A stretch of 64,000 nucleotides of DNA. It comes from Blasia pusilla. Taxonomy: Eukaryota. Below, in pieces: positions 47,621 to 62,571 of this stretch (positions are counted from its first letter, which is position 1; each line of letters begins with the position of its first letter). The notes beneath the pieces were generated by a model. It had not been told where the DNA came from and searched no databases. It saw only the letters and a list, made by a program, of their open reading frames with translations. A program made the translations under genes and the position numbers. The stretch spans positions 9,796,001 to 9,860,000 of the forward strand of contig CM114271.1 of NCBI GenBank assembly GCA_050084515.1, written 5' to 3'.

Positions 47621-50600
47621 TAGGCATGATGTCAAGAATACTCTTAGGGTTAGCTTTATTGAAGTGAATAGAATATAAGACAAGATGGAGATTTTTGCTT
47701 ATATATTTGTAATTCTATCACTTACAAGAGTGACAACATGAAGCCCCCCCTGAAAGGCAAGCTTGATTGCCATCTATGATTGACCCGATAAAGAGGGGGA
47801 GGGGGGTTGAGGGGCGCACTACTTAGCCCATCCCCAACGAGAGTGCGGGGGCTGGACCCTGTGGTACAGTACACATAGTGATTTCATGGCTATTTAGTTG
47901 AAGCCATGTTCGGGTTCTAGTATCATCTCGCGCGTGTAGATTTAGGCTTGAGATTGAGTCTTGGAGAGCTTGCGATGTCTGATGTTTGCAGATTTCAGTA
48001 AATCAACCTAATGGTGTTTGATTGTGCATGTAGCTTCCGCATTGGAAGTGAACCACATACATATTGTGTGATTCATATGAGTGATTTTCCAATTTCTTCC
48101 AACATCTCCTCCTCTAATATGAGCAAAGGAGGTATCGGCTCCTTCCGTGTTGGTTAACATAGCCACACTTACTTGTTTCACCTCCTCTTCCATCTCTTCT
48201 CTTGCTGCTCTTCATAAATTGCATCGAAGCTCCCACATAGTCAATGAAGTCTTCAAGCATGCTAACTAAGTAAGTATGCATATCTATGTTGGTAGGAGGC
48301 AAGAGATACTTACAAAAGCATGTTGGAATGCATCCTCTTCTCCGTGAGCGAAGGACTCACTCCTTTGCTCATCGATGATGATGATGTTATATCTATAAAG
48401 AAAGATCGACGAGATCTAGTAGAGCGCCTTTGGAGATACTAGGGGATAGCCTCGGGAGGTCGAAAATGACTTGTTGAGGGCACAAGTAACCTAAGAGAGC
48501 TGGTTTCCCCTTCGTTTTAGCTCATTTGGAGCCATATTGAGAAATTCACTATTTCGCGTAATTTACCATTTTGGTATACTTGACTTTCCACTTTGGGAAG
48601 TGGCTCTTAATCCACTACAGTAGGTCAAGAGCTAAGGAGTTGACATGCGAGCATAGGTTACCGTGGAGAGAGTTTGGGAGAGGGAAGGGGATATACCTCC
48701 AAGAGAGAGAGAGAGAGCTTGAGAGCTCATTCTCTCTTTGTTGAACCTCTTGGCATGAGGCGGCGGAGCTATGGTCCTCCTTGCCTTGTGTGTGTAACCC
48801 AAGCCTCTCATTAGGAGAGTGGGTTTGGTTTAATATAAAGAGAGATGGAGTGTGCACATTTATGAGACCTTGTGATGGAGAGTTCTACTTGATTTATTGG
48901 AGATATTTTGGTACTTGTCATTTTGATGTTTGGATGCCATGAGTTAGCATGGGATTGTGTGTGTTTGTGTGTATGTTTGGTGACATCGATGTATGTTGTG
49001 TAGCGATGTGTGCGCACGGAAATGAAAATGTGCCTTCAATAGTCGTTGTGGGTCCACTTGCTCTATGTGTGGGTCTTTGACTAGTGCTAGCTCGCATTAT
49101 AGGATGGATACTCATCATGCCACATTTTAATTCATGGGTGCTAGTGTCACCAAAAACCATGGCTTTTGTTGCTCGTTGTCAGCTAGAGTCCCCAACACTA
49201 TAATTGTCGTGCAATGATGATGATTTGATGGGAACATGATAATCAATGTCTGCATGCTCTTTGGAAAAATATTGGAACCATTCCAGTAGCCGAACATAAT
49301 GGGACTCTGTATGGCCTCATGATCTACAGTTGGCTTGTCCACCCACACATGTACATCATACATAAGCATGCAATCCACCTAGTGCACAATCTACATACAC
49401 CTAGTGTATAATCTGGTGAAGGAATATCTCTGCCTTTGGCATTTTCATAGCTCCAAATTTAGTCACCAAAATTACCTTTTACGATTTGGCCATCCCTTGC
49501 TAGACGATACAATAATTCATCTATGCACACCACTAATTCCCTAACCTACCTCACATTCCTACAACATTTCTATTTTTTATCACTCATGAGTTTGCATAAT
49601 TTCCTTGATTCATAGGCTTCCTTCTTCATTGAGTCTGTCAACAGTTCTCCCAAATGTGTTGCCCATAGCTCAACATAGTACTCCTCAAAGGTTTGAGGCT
49701 CTTTTGTATCACACACATATTCCTCCCTTTTGAACTTTTTTCGTGTTGCACTCCTTGGTTCAAAGTCTTCTTACTAATTGCTTGTTATCTAGTGTAACCT
49801 AATATTCCCAACTATGGATATCCTTTGGGGTACTCCCCATCTCCCTTGCCACTTGAAGGATACAAGTACAAAATGAGATCGAAGAAGGTGGGCATTACTT
49901 TGAAGAAATTTACGTTCCTATGAATTTTTTTGAAAAAAAATACAATTTTGTGTCCAAATGCCTCACCACGGAGCACTAGTGGCCTTTTCACACGGACGAG
50001 TGTTTGATCACTTCTTTTTTTGGCAAGTTGAATGCTTAAACGAAAAAGTTTTAAAGTTATCTTTGATTCCTTTCAATTTTAACTAGAAAACACGTGTTTT
50101 GAGATATTTTCTAAAGACTAAGAAAGTCTTCAATTTTTATCAACTAACACTTATGAACGTCCATGGGATGCATAGGTTAATTTAAATTAACATCATGAAA
50201 TTTAATCTACCCATGACTAGCAATTTCATTAATTTTGAAAACTCTCAATTAACCTTTCAAATCAATTAACAAAGGAGAAGAAAATTGATCTTATCAGTTG
50301 AGAGAATCAATATAAAAAAAAGTGTTTGAAAATAAAAAAATCCTCGGATAATAATATTGATTTTAATAATCGGTTCTCTTCATTCCAAGATCCCCATACT
50401 CAAAGCCACGAGTCCTCATCTCCAACCATTAACGCCGCCATGACTTACGCGGACCAATCATTTTTTTGGCGCCTGCAGCGAACGGCTGGCCTCCCTCCAT
50501 CGCTCGCCCCCGCACATGCCACGCAGTGCAGTGCATCCCATTAAGACAGGCGAACAGCAATGCGTAAACATCCGCATGAAGCGTGGGTGTACGTTGCAAT

Positions 50601-53600
50601 GCATTCCAAATGATGACTAAACGCTCACGAAAAAAACCGAACTGCGTACGTTCCGTTTTCTTTGGTTGCACTGCCCTACACGAATGCGCTCTCTCGGCAT
50701 CAGTTGGATTTCCAAGTTTCCTTTTATAACGGTGAGGTTACTTCCGCTAGCTATAGTAAACTCAAAAGTTTGTGCCAGGTTGTTTTATTAATACAACTCG
50801 AAGGGATTAATATGCCCAACCCAATTCATTTATTTTTCATAGTTTGGGAAATATTTTTTATGCCCAATTGCATAAAATTAAAAAGGTATTTGTAAATTAA
50901 GAAGGCATTTTCAATAACAATATAGATGCTTTTCAATTTCATATCTTCTTACCATTCATTTGGTATACATCCTACTTTATATGTGATCTTCCTAACACGT
51001 GGAATCAACTAACACAAGGAAGAAGCACGGGAGCATATATATATATGCTCCCGTGCTTGATTGTATGGGCAGGTAGACACGTCCACCTAGAATTGTAGAA
51101 AGATCGGGTCACCATATTTCTTAACAGTAGTTTGTGATAAAAGGAATTGTTGTTTTTCGGGAATCTTGCGTTCGCCCCCCCTTCTAAATCATCAGTGCTC
51201 ATGCCCAAAACATGACCACATTAAAACTGTAAAAGAATGTCTTCTTCATCCTATTGGACTTATTTCCTTTTTTAGGTGCCCATGGGCCCAAAAGACATGT
51301 GTTAACTAGTGCTAGCCTCCACATGTGTTTAGGAGTTAAGTTTTTCTTTATAAAAAAAGTAGAAATTAATATAGAGCAAACAATTTAATTATGTTTCTTG
51401 TACACAATGGTTTCTTGTTGCTATCATCGTGGAAACATTTTTTGGATTATCCTCCCATTGCCATGTGTCAAGTAAAGAGGCTATTGTTTGCCACATGTAC
51501 ACTTCCTCACATAAATAGTAATCTTTTAATTTTGAAATCACATGCCTCATGTTATGACAAGTGACATGCAATGAGTTCACAATCATGAAAAGGCACCTTT
51601 AGTCAATAGAACAAATTGTAGTACTTCTGTACATGTAGACTAGGCCTAAAGGAACCTTCTAGAGCCCTCTCGAGAGCGTCCATATTTTTTTCCCTCTAGG
51701 GGGAAAGAGTGATTTCTTCTTTTTCCATACGTTCCCTCTTGACAGAAGAGAGTGTAAGTTCATCTTCCTATTTTCCCTATGCATTGCGAATAGCCAAGTC
51801 TATGACGCCCACACTAGCAAGGACTTGGGAAGTTAGTCATAATGGCGGGTTTAATGAGGAAAGACCTTGGCGTCACCCACCAAAGTTTCAACCTAGACTA
51901 GCTAGTCGCAAGACTAGGAAAGGCGATGGAAACAGCCGCAGGACTAACTCTGGGTAAGAAGTGAATGTGTCTTGTGACTAGTCTTAGGTGAGAAAGGGGC
52001 ATACCTACTCACATGGATAAGGGCAAGGCAAGCAAGGTTTGAGACTTTGGATCCAGGCGTCAAGTCAAGGGCGAGAAGCAAGGAACACATGTGTAGTCAA
52101 GATGGGTGAGATGCCATGAGAGTAGTCATGAAATGCGAAGGGCGGCAGTACAACCATGAGACGCCAAACAGGGAGTCAAGATGGATGCTAGTCATGAGAC
52201 ATATGAAACGCAGGTCCGGGCTCCAAGATGCATTTGGGGACCCGAGAGTTGCGTAAGATGCAAAAAGCCTCGACCAAGCCATCTTTATGGATAACTAGTC
52301 AAATGTTCGTCCACGAGTTGTGAACCACGTTTTGGTTGAGGGCCAAAATTAAGGGCTCAAGGGAGACATGGGGAAGGTGAGATTCTTCTAGAGAAACCTA
52401 GAAGTACCTATAGGGGGACACACTCTCCCTCTGAGCTTGCTCAAGCCCTTGATCTTGAAACTAATCATGGTGCATGTTTGGTCGTGTTTCAAGTTTGAGC
52501 GAAGGGTCACCCCTTGAGGAATTAACTGACTCGCTCCGTTTAGGCGAGCAACTTGAGGAGATTGGTCAAGGCTTGGGGAAGAGGCTTCCTAGTGAGACTC
52601 TATGCACTTGGGGAGACTCAACCTGAATCAGCGCTTGAAGGCTTCTCGGCTACCTACAGACCGCGCCATCGGTTGAGTTTTTGGGACTCAATCTAAGTCT
52701 TCCGGTTGCAAAGCTCAAGGTCAAGAGTGCTTCAAGATGAAGCTAGGTGAAGTTGAGGGCGAACTCTATGATGTTGTACCACCCAACTCATTCTCATTCT
52801 CTACCCTTTTTGAGTATTTACCCTCAAAACAATGGATAAGGTTTGTGTCTACCAAGTCTCTATATATCCTCTCCTCCCATCCATATCGTCCATTGTATTT
52901 CCTTATGGAAGGCTAGGGACAAAGATAAAGAGAGGAAGATGGATTCCTTTCCTTCCCTCATTTAGAGTAGGTAAGGGCTTATGGACCATCCTTAAGTTTC
53001 CAAAGTGGGCCCATATGTCTCTATCCCTCATGATACATCTAGAGACGATGTTCTCCTCCAATTCAATTCTCCCTCTTATTCCTCTTCAAAAGAACAAAAT
53101 GAATGCATAGGAGGTAAGCCTCCAAAGGCATTCAATTTTTATTTTTATTTTTTTGGCCTCTTATTACAATTTATCTCCTAATTTTTCTCATTATCTTACT
53201 GAAAACTAAACACAACATTGTTTGTTGTATAGGAACTTAAGAACTTATTGCCATATCTTCCATTCCTAAGTAATAAAATCCCCATAGTTATTACTTAGGA
53301 AGGGAGGATATGGCAATAAGTTCTAGTGTGCTTCATACCATCTTTATGTTATTTCCTTGTTTATTTAGGGGTTTAAGGACTTAAAATTACTTGCTAATGC
53401 CAAATTTCCAAAAATTTCCATAGAAGCCGTTTCTTGATTGGGAAGTGACTTCATCTTGTTGACCTTGCATTCCACAAGTATCTTTTAAGTGTAATGACCA
53501 CAAACATTTCTCCCAACTTTATGTGGAAGAGATTCATGGAATAGACAATCTGTGTGTTATGACAATTTGGTATATGAAGTAAAAGTCGTTACTTTGTTTC

Positions 53601-53669
53601 TTCAATAATTCTCCATTGGCCTGTGTGTGTGTGTGTGTATTTTTATAAAAAAAAAATTTTTTTATGTGC

Positions 53670-54140
53670 AACATCATTAATCTTTTCCTTTCACGGGCTA
53701 TGCACTAGCTCTTCAAACATTTTTTTATTTCCCGTGCATCTCACGAGCAACTTATCTATATTATTATGGGAGAGTGCCTTCTTGATTTGCAAACACCTCT
53801 ATCCTTGACACGTGGCAACTAGGCAGCAGAAAAGTTTTTCACATGCTACAGGCGCAAGAAAAAAATTTGAATTAATCTGAAATATCATTAATCTCTTCCC
53901 TTCAAGGGCTATATACACAAGTTCGTCAAACACTTTTCTATTTTCTGTGCATCGGACAAGCATCTTATCTATATTAGTATGGGACAGTGCCTTCTTGATT
54001 TGCAAACATCTCTATGTCTATACGTGACAAATGGACAACAAGAAAATATTTGACATGCTACATACAACCGATTTTTTTTTTGAATTTATACACAACATTA
54101 TTAATCTTTTCTATATATATTAATTCTTCAAACACTTATT
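53670..54140. repeat. Degenerate tandem repeat, ~211-bp period, ~2.2 copies
   Basis: ATTAATCT at ~53676, ~53887 and ~54098; TTATCTATATTA.TATGGGA.AGTGCCTTCTTGATTTGCAAACA repeated. Confidence 0.8.
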
Positions 54141-54385
54141 TTTTTTAATTAATATAATTACAACTCTCTTTTATTCCTTCCGATAATTCTTTCTTATTTA
54201 CATTGTTGTTTACATTAAAGTTAGTGGAGTCCAATCGTCACATTTATGCCTTTCTCATATGCTATTAGTTGAGCTTATTTTAGACGCCTTCTTTAAGGTG
54301 GTGCAACCTATGGATTCAAGTTCAACGTGGATGGCAGCAACCATTTGAAGATTAACATGCCTCTTTTTGTACTAGAAGCTCTCAA

Positions 54386-56186
54386 CAAAAACAAAGATGC
54401 ACTTCGATAAAAATGAGTGATGGAAAACCCATCGGAAGTACAAAAGAGGGGGACTCAAAGAGTCAAAACCTGAAGGCCACAACACGACCAGAAAAGGAAG
54501 AAGGGGCATTCCCCCTAACGATTTAAACTCACCAACAAAGTAGAGACAATATCAAGCAACAACAAGAGAGCTATGACTACTACTAAGTGGGCCTCTAGCG
54601 CCGGCGTCTCCCACTGAGCTGAGCTCGCCGCCGCAAAATCCCATTAGCCTGGGCACGCCGCAACGCTTATGGAGACCGCCGCCTACAATACAAAATCGCA
54701 GTAGCTAAGGACAACCCATTTTCGAGTGGAGATGATGGGCGCGATCCGTGAACGAAGTCGAACCTCTCCCCATAGCCCCATACATCTCTATGGCCGTGGG
54801 GATGAAGATGTGTCCTCGTGTAGTCGATCAGAGATATGTGTCTTCTTCGCCGCCGCTCCTTGTAGCATTCGCCCTTGGGCCACCACTTGGGCTCTGACCG
54901 CCTTGCCTCCCGCGTAGGATCTGTGACTACCACGCCCGCCACAACCACCTCAGCCTCACGTGTCATGTAGAGATCGGCACGAATGAGGGAATCTCGCATG
55001 GAGTAGTGCCTCTCTCTCTCAGACATGGAAGCCACTCTCCCGAGCAACATCGAACATGATATCCCGCCTTTGCATCGTGAGTGGCTATCCTCTCACCCCA
55101 ATCGACAGCGTGCCAAATGCACACCAAGTGGATCAGCTCGCGACACTCGCGGTGTGTCGAACCAACCACCGATGGTTGGGGAGGCCAAAGCGGAACCGCA
55201 TCGCATGTGGTATAGGTAAGTGGTGCGTCTGAAAGCTGGAGAAGGGGCGTGCCCCTACCCATGAGCCTGCCCCTTTCCGGAGCAAGAGCGAATCACGGGC
55301 CCTAACCTCCATGGGGATATTCGTCGGACATAGTGCCTCTAAAAACTTCCTCAAAGTGGGCTTCCATCAAGGAAGATTGGAGCCCAGGCCCGACCGGAGG
55401 TAACTAAGGAGGAGAAAGTGGGGACAACGGCTCGGCCTCAACTCGAAGGGAATCTCTACAAGTGTGAGTGAAGACGAAGTGGGAAAGAGCCATCCTCGAC
55501 CTGGGAGACGAGTGTAGAAGGAGCGGTCTATCTCTAACCAAAAATCGGGAGCAAAGGAGGGGTGCCACTATGGCCCAACTCCCTAAAAAGCGGAGGGCGC
55601 CACTAACTCGGTCGAGAGAAGACCTACTCCACCAAAAGAAATCGGCCAAGAGGGCTGTCTCACGAGCTAACTCCCCATGGGGCACTCTAAGGAGCCGGGT
55701 CCTAGAAGATCCCCAAACACTGCATGAGCTTCCTATCAAAGGATCTATATAGGGAAGAAAGGTGACTAGATGTCCGAGCAGTTCTAGTGAGGTAACCAGG
55801 TCTACGAGCAAAACAAGAAGAGAGAATGCCGAAGGCGACTTGAGGGTCACCAATCCTCGTAAGATCATCAACGTGGAGAAGATCCTCGGTAAGAGAGCCG
55901 CCATTTAAAGTCGATACAAAGTCCCGGCTCCCGAGCGGTACTCCCAAGACTCAAGCCCCCGACAGTCGCAAGAAGCCGTCGGGTAAATGTAGATCATCAC
56001 GAGGCCTGATGGAGACCAAGCCTTGCACTTCCCCACCTTCACCGCCAGGCCGACACGTGCCAACTGTGCTGAAAAGTGCTCGAATGCAGGGACAACCAGA
56101 TCTCCAAGACCAACAATATGAGTATCATCTGCCAGCGAAGGGAACATGCAACCCGGGAAAGCCTCCACCGTAGAACTGTGCTGAAA
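54386..56186 (-). mobile_element. 5'-truncated RLE-type non-LTR retrotransposon (CRE-like), same family as 39180-40221
   Basis: RT motif SLADDTHIVG (55905-56207), CCHC/RLE region, 3' UTR nearly identical to 40020-40215; 12-bp TSD AGAAGCTCTCAA (54374-54385, 56187-56198). Confidence 0.88.
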
Positions 56187-58849
56187 AGAAGCTCTCAAAG
56201 GCCACAAGTGCCGTGCTATATTGCTAAGGGAGATTTACAACAATATTGACGATTTGGTATTGGTACGTACATGAACTAAAATTCGTTACTTCCTTTCTCC
56301 AATATGATAATGAATGACATGCCAAAAGCGTTTGAAAGCGTCTGAAGCGGTGCTATTTTAGATGAGCTGTCTCAAGTTTGGGAGCCCCTCTACACCGCCG
56401 ATTCAACATCTCCAGTTTATTGGTGACCGATCCTGGACATGTTTGCTTTGACCCCCTATTGAAGAGGCTGCTGATTGGCTGACTCGCAAAGGAGGGAGAA
56501 AGCATCGAACTTGTCGGGGGCCCTTGGAGACTTATTGTGTCCGGTTATTATTGCTAGTGTCGCATAGGGTTGGAATCTGGATCGATACCCCCTTCGGTGT
56601 ACGGGATCATAGAACCGGCATTCTTTGTAATGCCAGCTGGTAAAATTTAGGAATTCCCGATATGTACAGCAAACTTTCGGGAAAAATCCGACGAGCTCGG
56701 GAAATTTTGGTGCCCACTGCCTTCGGTATCTCACTTGCCCTTAAATGTAGACGTGGTTTCCGCTCGACAGAATGTTTCTCTAGATCCCGAATTAAGTTCA
56801 GACGTGGTTTGAGGGAAGGGACGGGAAAATGGCCGAGTTGCGCACACTTGGGCTTTCACTCCATCTTGATTTCAAGCAGATGAAGCAATTTAGTAAACTG
56901 TTCATATCTCTCGAAGATCGGGGAGGATATGGGTGATCTTGTTCTTGGACTTAAACCGTTGGACTCATCGTTTCATTGCTTCCTTGCACTATGAGGATGA
57001 CTCGTTCGTTAGTGGACAAGGAAATATGAAATTATGAAAGCGAGTTCATAAGGACAGAAGGAAGGCGAGTTCATATTAATGCGCATCGCGTGGTGCACTA
57101 TGTCGATGTGTGCAAAATCTGTTTATAACGCATTGGGGTGACTACTCCAGTAAGTGTAGTGGGAGTAACTAGACGGGTAAGGGTCTCGTTGGCTTTGGGG
57201 AAGTGTAATGACAACGGACATCATTTATTTAAATTGGGAATATGAAGATGTGTCTAGGATATCACAAAACGAGAAGAAGACGGAATATGGTAGTTGTAAA
57301 TACAAATCCTCCAGCGAATGGACAGGAACTAATCCACTATTTCACAAACTCAATAGTGATAAACCGTTAACTAAGAGGAATAATATTTCCTTGTTTAATA
57401 TATTAGCAATTAATTTAAGCACATGTGATTTGAAGGACATCACAAGGACATCATATATATTTCCCTTACGAGACACGAGAGGATCTATTCTCTCATGGAT
57501 AATCGCGTAATTTCTACATTCCTAAACTTATCGTACCTCCCGATTTCGGCTTGAGGGTTTTCTTACAAGGTGCTCAATGATATTGCGATTCTATAATTAT
57601 CCCTATCATTATTTTCGCATGTACATAGTGTCTACATGATGGTACCACAATCGAGCGTTTTGTTCTATACCCTACTCACTCCTACCCGTGATTATACTTC
57701 TAATGATGGCTTACTTCAAGGCGAATTCATTCAGCAAACAACGAGGACTCCTCACCAAATTATACTTTGGGAACTGGACGTATCATAACTTCTATCGTAA
57801 AACAGGGGGCAAAAATAGGAGTACTTAAGTGCCTTTTGTTCCTCCATAAACGACGATTAGTGGATGTAACCGACACACTTAGAGTGGGCTAATCTGGCGG
57901 ACGATGTGAATAAATGTGAGGGGAATCCTTCTTGGAACAGTACGCGGAGCTAATGCAACTGCGAAGACTCCACCCCATAATACAATTGCGCCTCTCATGC
58001 CCAATTCGTCTCACGTCTTCCTAAGTAGGACAGTAATGCCCATCTTACGGAACCCGGTAATCACGTCCGCAGGAGTACCGGACGCCAAGATGCTCTTCAA
58101 TACGCGTTAATCTACACAGTACAAGGTACAGTATAGTACAGCGTCTTCCTTCGCTGGCAACCGCAGTTTTCCAGGACCACGTTTACCCCGATTTTGTTGA
58201 CTAACGCCGCTCCTTGGGGGTTGAGTTATCCATTATTTGCCTTTTTTCTCTATTTGTTCTAAGCATCCTTATTATCCTATGTAATTTTTAAGATGTATTT
58301 GTTAGTTCGTGTCATGTAGGGTTTAAACGAGTGTGGAGGTCCCATATGGGATTGATCCTCCCGGCAATGTGAAACCAAAATAATTGTGGGAGTTTATTAT
58401 CTACATAATCAAAAGAGGACGGGTTTGGGGAAACCCTCCTAAGGTGTTGACATCTGTTTTCTAAGTTCTCTTATGATGTCCAGAGTCCTTGGGAGGAAAG
58501 AGATCATGAAATTTTTCGTACATAATACATGACAACCCTCTTTCCGCAATCCTTGGAGTAGAACCCTTGGAGGATAGACGTGACATCGCCAAGTTGAAAT
58601 GATGGAGGCAATTGGAGAAAATGGAGTCCCATCCCTAAAGAGTTGATGGGGAAAACTTGGACCCAAAGAAGACCCGTGAAGCATGCCAAATCTTGGACGA
58701 AAGAGGTTCAAGGGTTTAGGGTTTAGGGTTTGCTCCTGAACTGTGGGAGCAAGATGAGAAAGAATTTGTGGATACCATAACCAAAGCAGTGGGCAAACAC
58801 TCACAACAGAACAACATGGAGGAAGCGATGAAAATTTGTAACCTCTCTC

Positions 58850-59155
58850 TTGACGGTATATCTTGAGAAGACAAAATTGAAGAACTATTTGCAAGGAATC
58901 CGTTGCTTGGAAGCCCGACTCAAGTTCAAGTTTAGGACGTGGGAAATACACTTGAACCATAAGAAAAGTAGGATGGGAACACAACTAAACTCTCGCGCCT
59001 TGTGTGACGATGGGGATGAAACCTCTAGTCATTACTTGGTCTCATGTGCAAAATTCACAACACACAAAGCAAGAGCATATGGTGATATTGCTAAGCTGGT
59101 AATACCACAATTGTTCAACACATTCAGTAGCCTTGATTTATTGCGCAAAAGCTGA
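58850..59155 (+). pseudogene. Possible LINE C-terminal Cys/His fragment
   Basis: RLKFKFRT...HLN...LCDDGDETSSHYLVSC resembles the C-x-ET-xx-H-xxxx-C tail of non-LTR RT ORFs; short and isolated. Confidence 0.4.
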
Positions 59156-62100
59156 TGTACAGGTAAGTAATGTCTATGGAGGATCCTAATCAGGTAAAGT
59201 AGATGGTGCGATGAAGAGTTTCTTGGATGACACTTGGAAGCTCCGCACCAACACGTTGTTTGGTCAACACTCACACTATATGAGAGTGTCACCCTCCTCT
59301 CATATGGCTACTTCTTCCACACCCATCCTAGTTCATGCACCGTCCAACCAGGGCACAAGATCTATGGTTGTAAGGCTATGAAAGGCACTACTTAATGAGT
59401 ACATTTTCTCTTTCTTTTTTTCTTTTTTTCTTTTTTTCTCTCTAAATTTCTATGAGATATGAGTAGAGTGTTGCTAACGCATGGATTCCATGCAAATGTA
59501 TGATAAGCAAGTTATGTTCCACCGTAAAAATTCAAAATAGTAGGAAATAAGAAAAGTGCATTGAAGATCGAAGGGCTAAAATTTCATGGAAGGAAATTTG
59601 GACTTGCTAGCTTGTATAAGTTTAAAAATGTTGAATACAAAATTTGGTTTCCAAATATTTTAATATGGGGAACTAAAATTAGCAACTATAGACATTAATA
59701 ACTTCATTAAATATTTTTCTAGTTTCTTATTTTCCAGAAATGCAAGAAAAAATATTTGATTACCGAATTCTCAACGTGTATGGAGAATTTTCCACATCGT
59801 TGAAGGCATGAATTACAGGAAGATGTGAAAATATAAACGAAACCTATAAAAAATTGTTAACGAAATGAAAATTGAAACCAATACTTTTGGAAATAAGAAA
59901 TTGAAACAGTGTAGAATAAACCTTTGACAGATATTGCTGGTGGACGGAAAGGTTAAACTGTCAAGTGTACGACCTTTGCCTACCCGCGGCTTTTCTTGTG
60001 CTTGTCCTGCGGTTTCATAATGAGGTTCTACTCGAAACGTGGTAAGATGACTGTGAGCACGCAGGTTTTGTGTATAGGTCCACATCTGACATGCGTCAGG
60101 CCAGGGCGCTTACGCAGGATCATCTGTATTTTTTTGATGAAAGAAATAGTCGGCCGGTTTTGTTACACTGTTTGTTTGCTCGAAACGTTAGACAGAAATT
60201 ACCCAAGATATTGTCCAGTAGAAAATGACATTTCGCAACTGTGGCAAGCATTTCCCAGTGGCCGAAAAGTCATTGTGTTGGGTACTGTATAGCAGAACTG
60301 TAGAACGGAAAGTAGGCGGACGGTGCGCGACAGTCAACTCAATACTGTATAAAAGTCTCCAGTATGTGCGTACAGTACAAAGAAGGGCAGCGAGAATCGT
60401 CGTACTTTCAGTTCATGTGGTATTTCGAGTTGGGCGTCGGGCGTCGTCAGTTCATTGAACTTCATTCCGTCACCGGTTGGACGCACCCGCAGTTTTGACC
60501 AAGCCGGTTCGGGGACTCGGGGAGAACGGACGAGGCGAGCGAGGTACGTATGAGGTGTAGTTTTTCCTCTTGAGGGAAAATTATAAAATACACATTTTAA
60601 TAGAACTGGGACGGAAAACCAATCCGGATACAAAGGAGGGAAAATTAGAGAGGTTAGGGGCGTCAGGGTTGCATCTCATGTCAAAACGTCGTCCGTCGGG
60701 TACCTCGTGTTCTTGTCCGAAAATGCAACCCGTCCGACGGATTGCATTTATAGGGGCCGGGATCCGCAGAGTAGAACATCCTCGCGAGTCGCGACCTGAC
60801 CTGATGATCCCGAGGACGTCATGTTTTCCCTGGTTCCCATGAACGGCCTCTCCTCTAGGGTCAGAGTGACCACAAGCACGCATTTTACCGTAAGAGGAAC
60901 CGCCGTATAACTCGATTCTGGCGCCCAAAAGTTTTGCACGCATAAAACTCAGCCACGCCCATAGGTTGCGAGTACGCTGCTGCACCCATGGGATCCGGCT
61001 TTTAATGGAGTTCATCGTGACCATAATGCCCTAACTAGTGACGACTGGTCGGTCGGAGAGAGACGGGGCAGGGGATAGATTAGAGAAGAGAGGAGACGGC
61101 AGGGCAGGGAAAAGGAGACGATGGTAATTGAGTGGGGTCCGCTTGAGAGGGAAGAGCAGTGAAGTCACGAGCGTCTCTGTCTCTCTAGACCTGGACACGG
61201 GGCCCACGATGCCAGCTGCCGGGTGAGGAGGACTGGAGACTGAGCAGCGATGCGGGGCAAGCGGAGTAGTGTAGAGAAGAGAGAGAAGGCCCGCATTACC
61301 ATTCTATCACTCTCTAGAATTGGGTTCTTCCTTCTATGACTTGTAGAGGATTGAAGCGAGGTAGCTGTCGTCCTTCTGGTGTGGAATCACCAGCTCCTAC
61401 AACGTAAGCGAATTTGAGAACGGTGAAGACACAAGAGGAGAGAGCTGGACAGAACTGTACTCCTTGAACGAGAAAAGAAGACGTGAAGCGAAGCGAAGCA
61501 CACTAACATCAGCGAGAGGAGGAGAGTGATCGTAAATCGTTGCGAATGAGCCACGGGGCTTTGAGGGACGAGGATTGGTTGAGAGATTAATAGGAACGGG
61601 GTTTTATTTTTCTTGATTGTTTTGCTGGAAGGGTATCAGTGAAGCAGCGCTGGAGGCCGACTTAAGAAGGCTGCCCAATGGCGTGGAATGAGATTTATAA
61701 AATTGGAGAGTATCGATCTGACATAATGTGGCGGCTCTTTTGTCACTTGGTGTAATCGACGATGCGAGATACAGTGACGGGCTTGCGTGTTCTCATTTGT
61801 AAGTGTTCTCTCGTTTGTGCCGGTCTAAATGCTACAAGATCTGCAATTGGAGGGCAGTTATGTCGTAGAACTCTATCTCATGCAGTATTTCCCCCTCAAC
61901 AGCGGATCCATTCGTGAAGCGTCATGCGAAACATAGGTAAGACATATGTTTCCGTAAGAAGCAACGTCATTCTGTCTGCGTACTGAACTGGCTAACTTGC
62001 AATTTATGCTTTCGGGAGACGTTGCCGCTGACGTTGACGTATGTATTTCATCTACTTGGTGAACAGATCCGAAAATTCGTCGCACACGTACTTGCAAAGT

Positions 62101-62571
62101 TTTGCATTCGTGTATTGCGAGCATTGTTCGTGTGATCGAGGTTTTGTGTTTGCAGAAGCTGTGTGGTGAGTGATGCGTCCCTACCTTGTGTACTGTTACA
62201 GAGGTAGTGCGAATGTCTGGCTTGGGCTCCGAGATTCGAATCTACTCGGTACCAGGCCTTCCTAGTTACTTAGTTTCTCGTCTCCCTCCTCTTCTGTCGT
62301 CTTTCCTCTCTCTGAAAATTAGGCAGCTCACTTCACTATCCACACTAGCGTGACAAGCACGCTATTCGGTGGTTGTTTGTTAACGAGTTATAATTGCACC
62401 TTGTCTCCGATCATGCAATAGCAGGGAGCTGCAGTCAGGGGCCTAATGTTGGTTCAAACTCCTCTAATCTCATGCAATGTTGTGCAGACAGACGCACTGT
62501 AAGGTCCATTTCGAGAAAGGTCAGACTTGCCGCGGCTCTGACTGCTAGCTTTGAGTCGAAGGAATCGCAAC

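Noticed and set aside
47700-50700. Possible LTR/MITE remnants and short ORFs
   Set aside because: No recognisable motifs, termini or TSDs that I can support.
51600-52790. Possible solo LTR
   Set aside because: Composition is LTR-like, but I could not fix TG...CA ends with a matching TSD.
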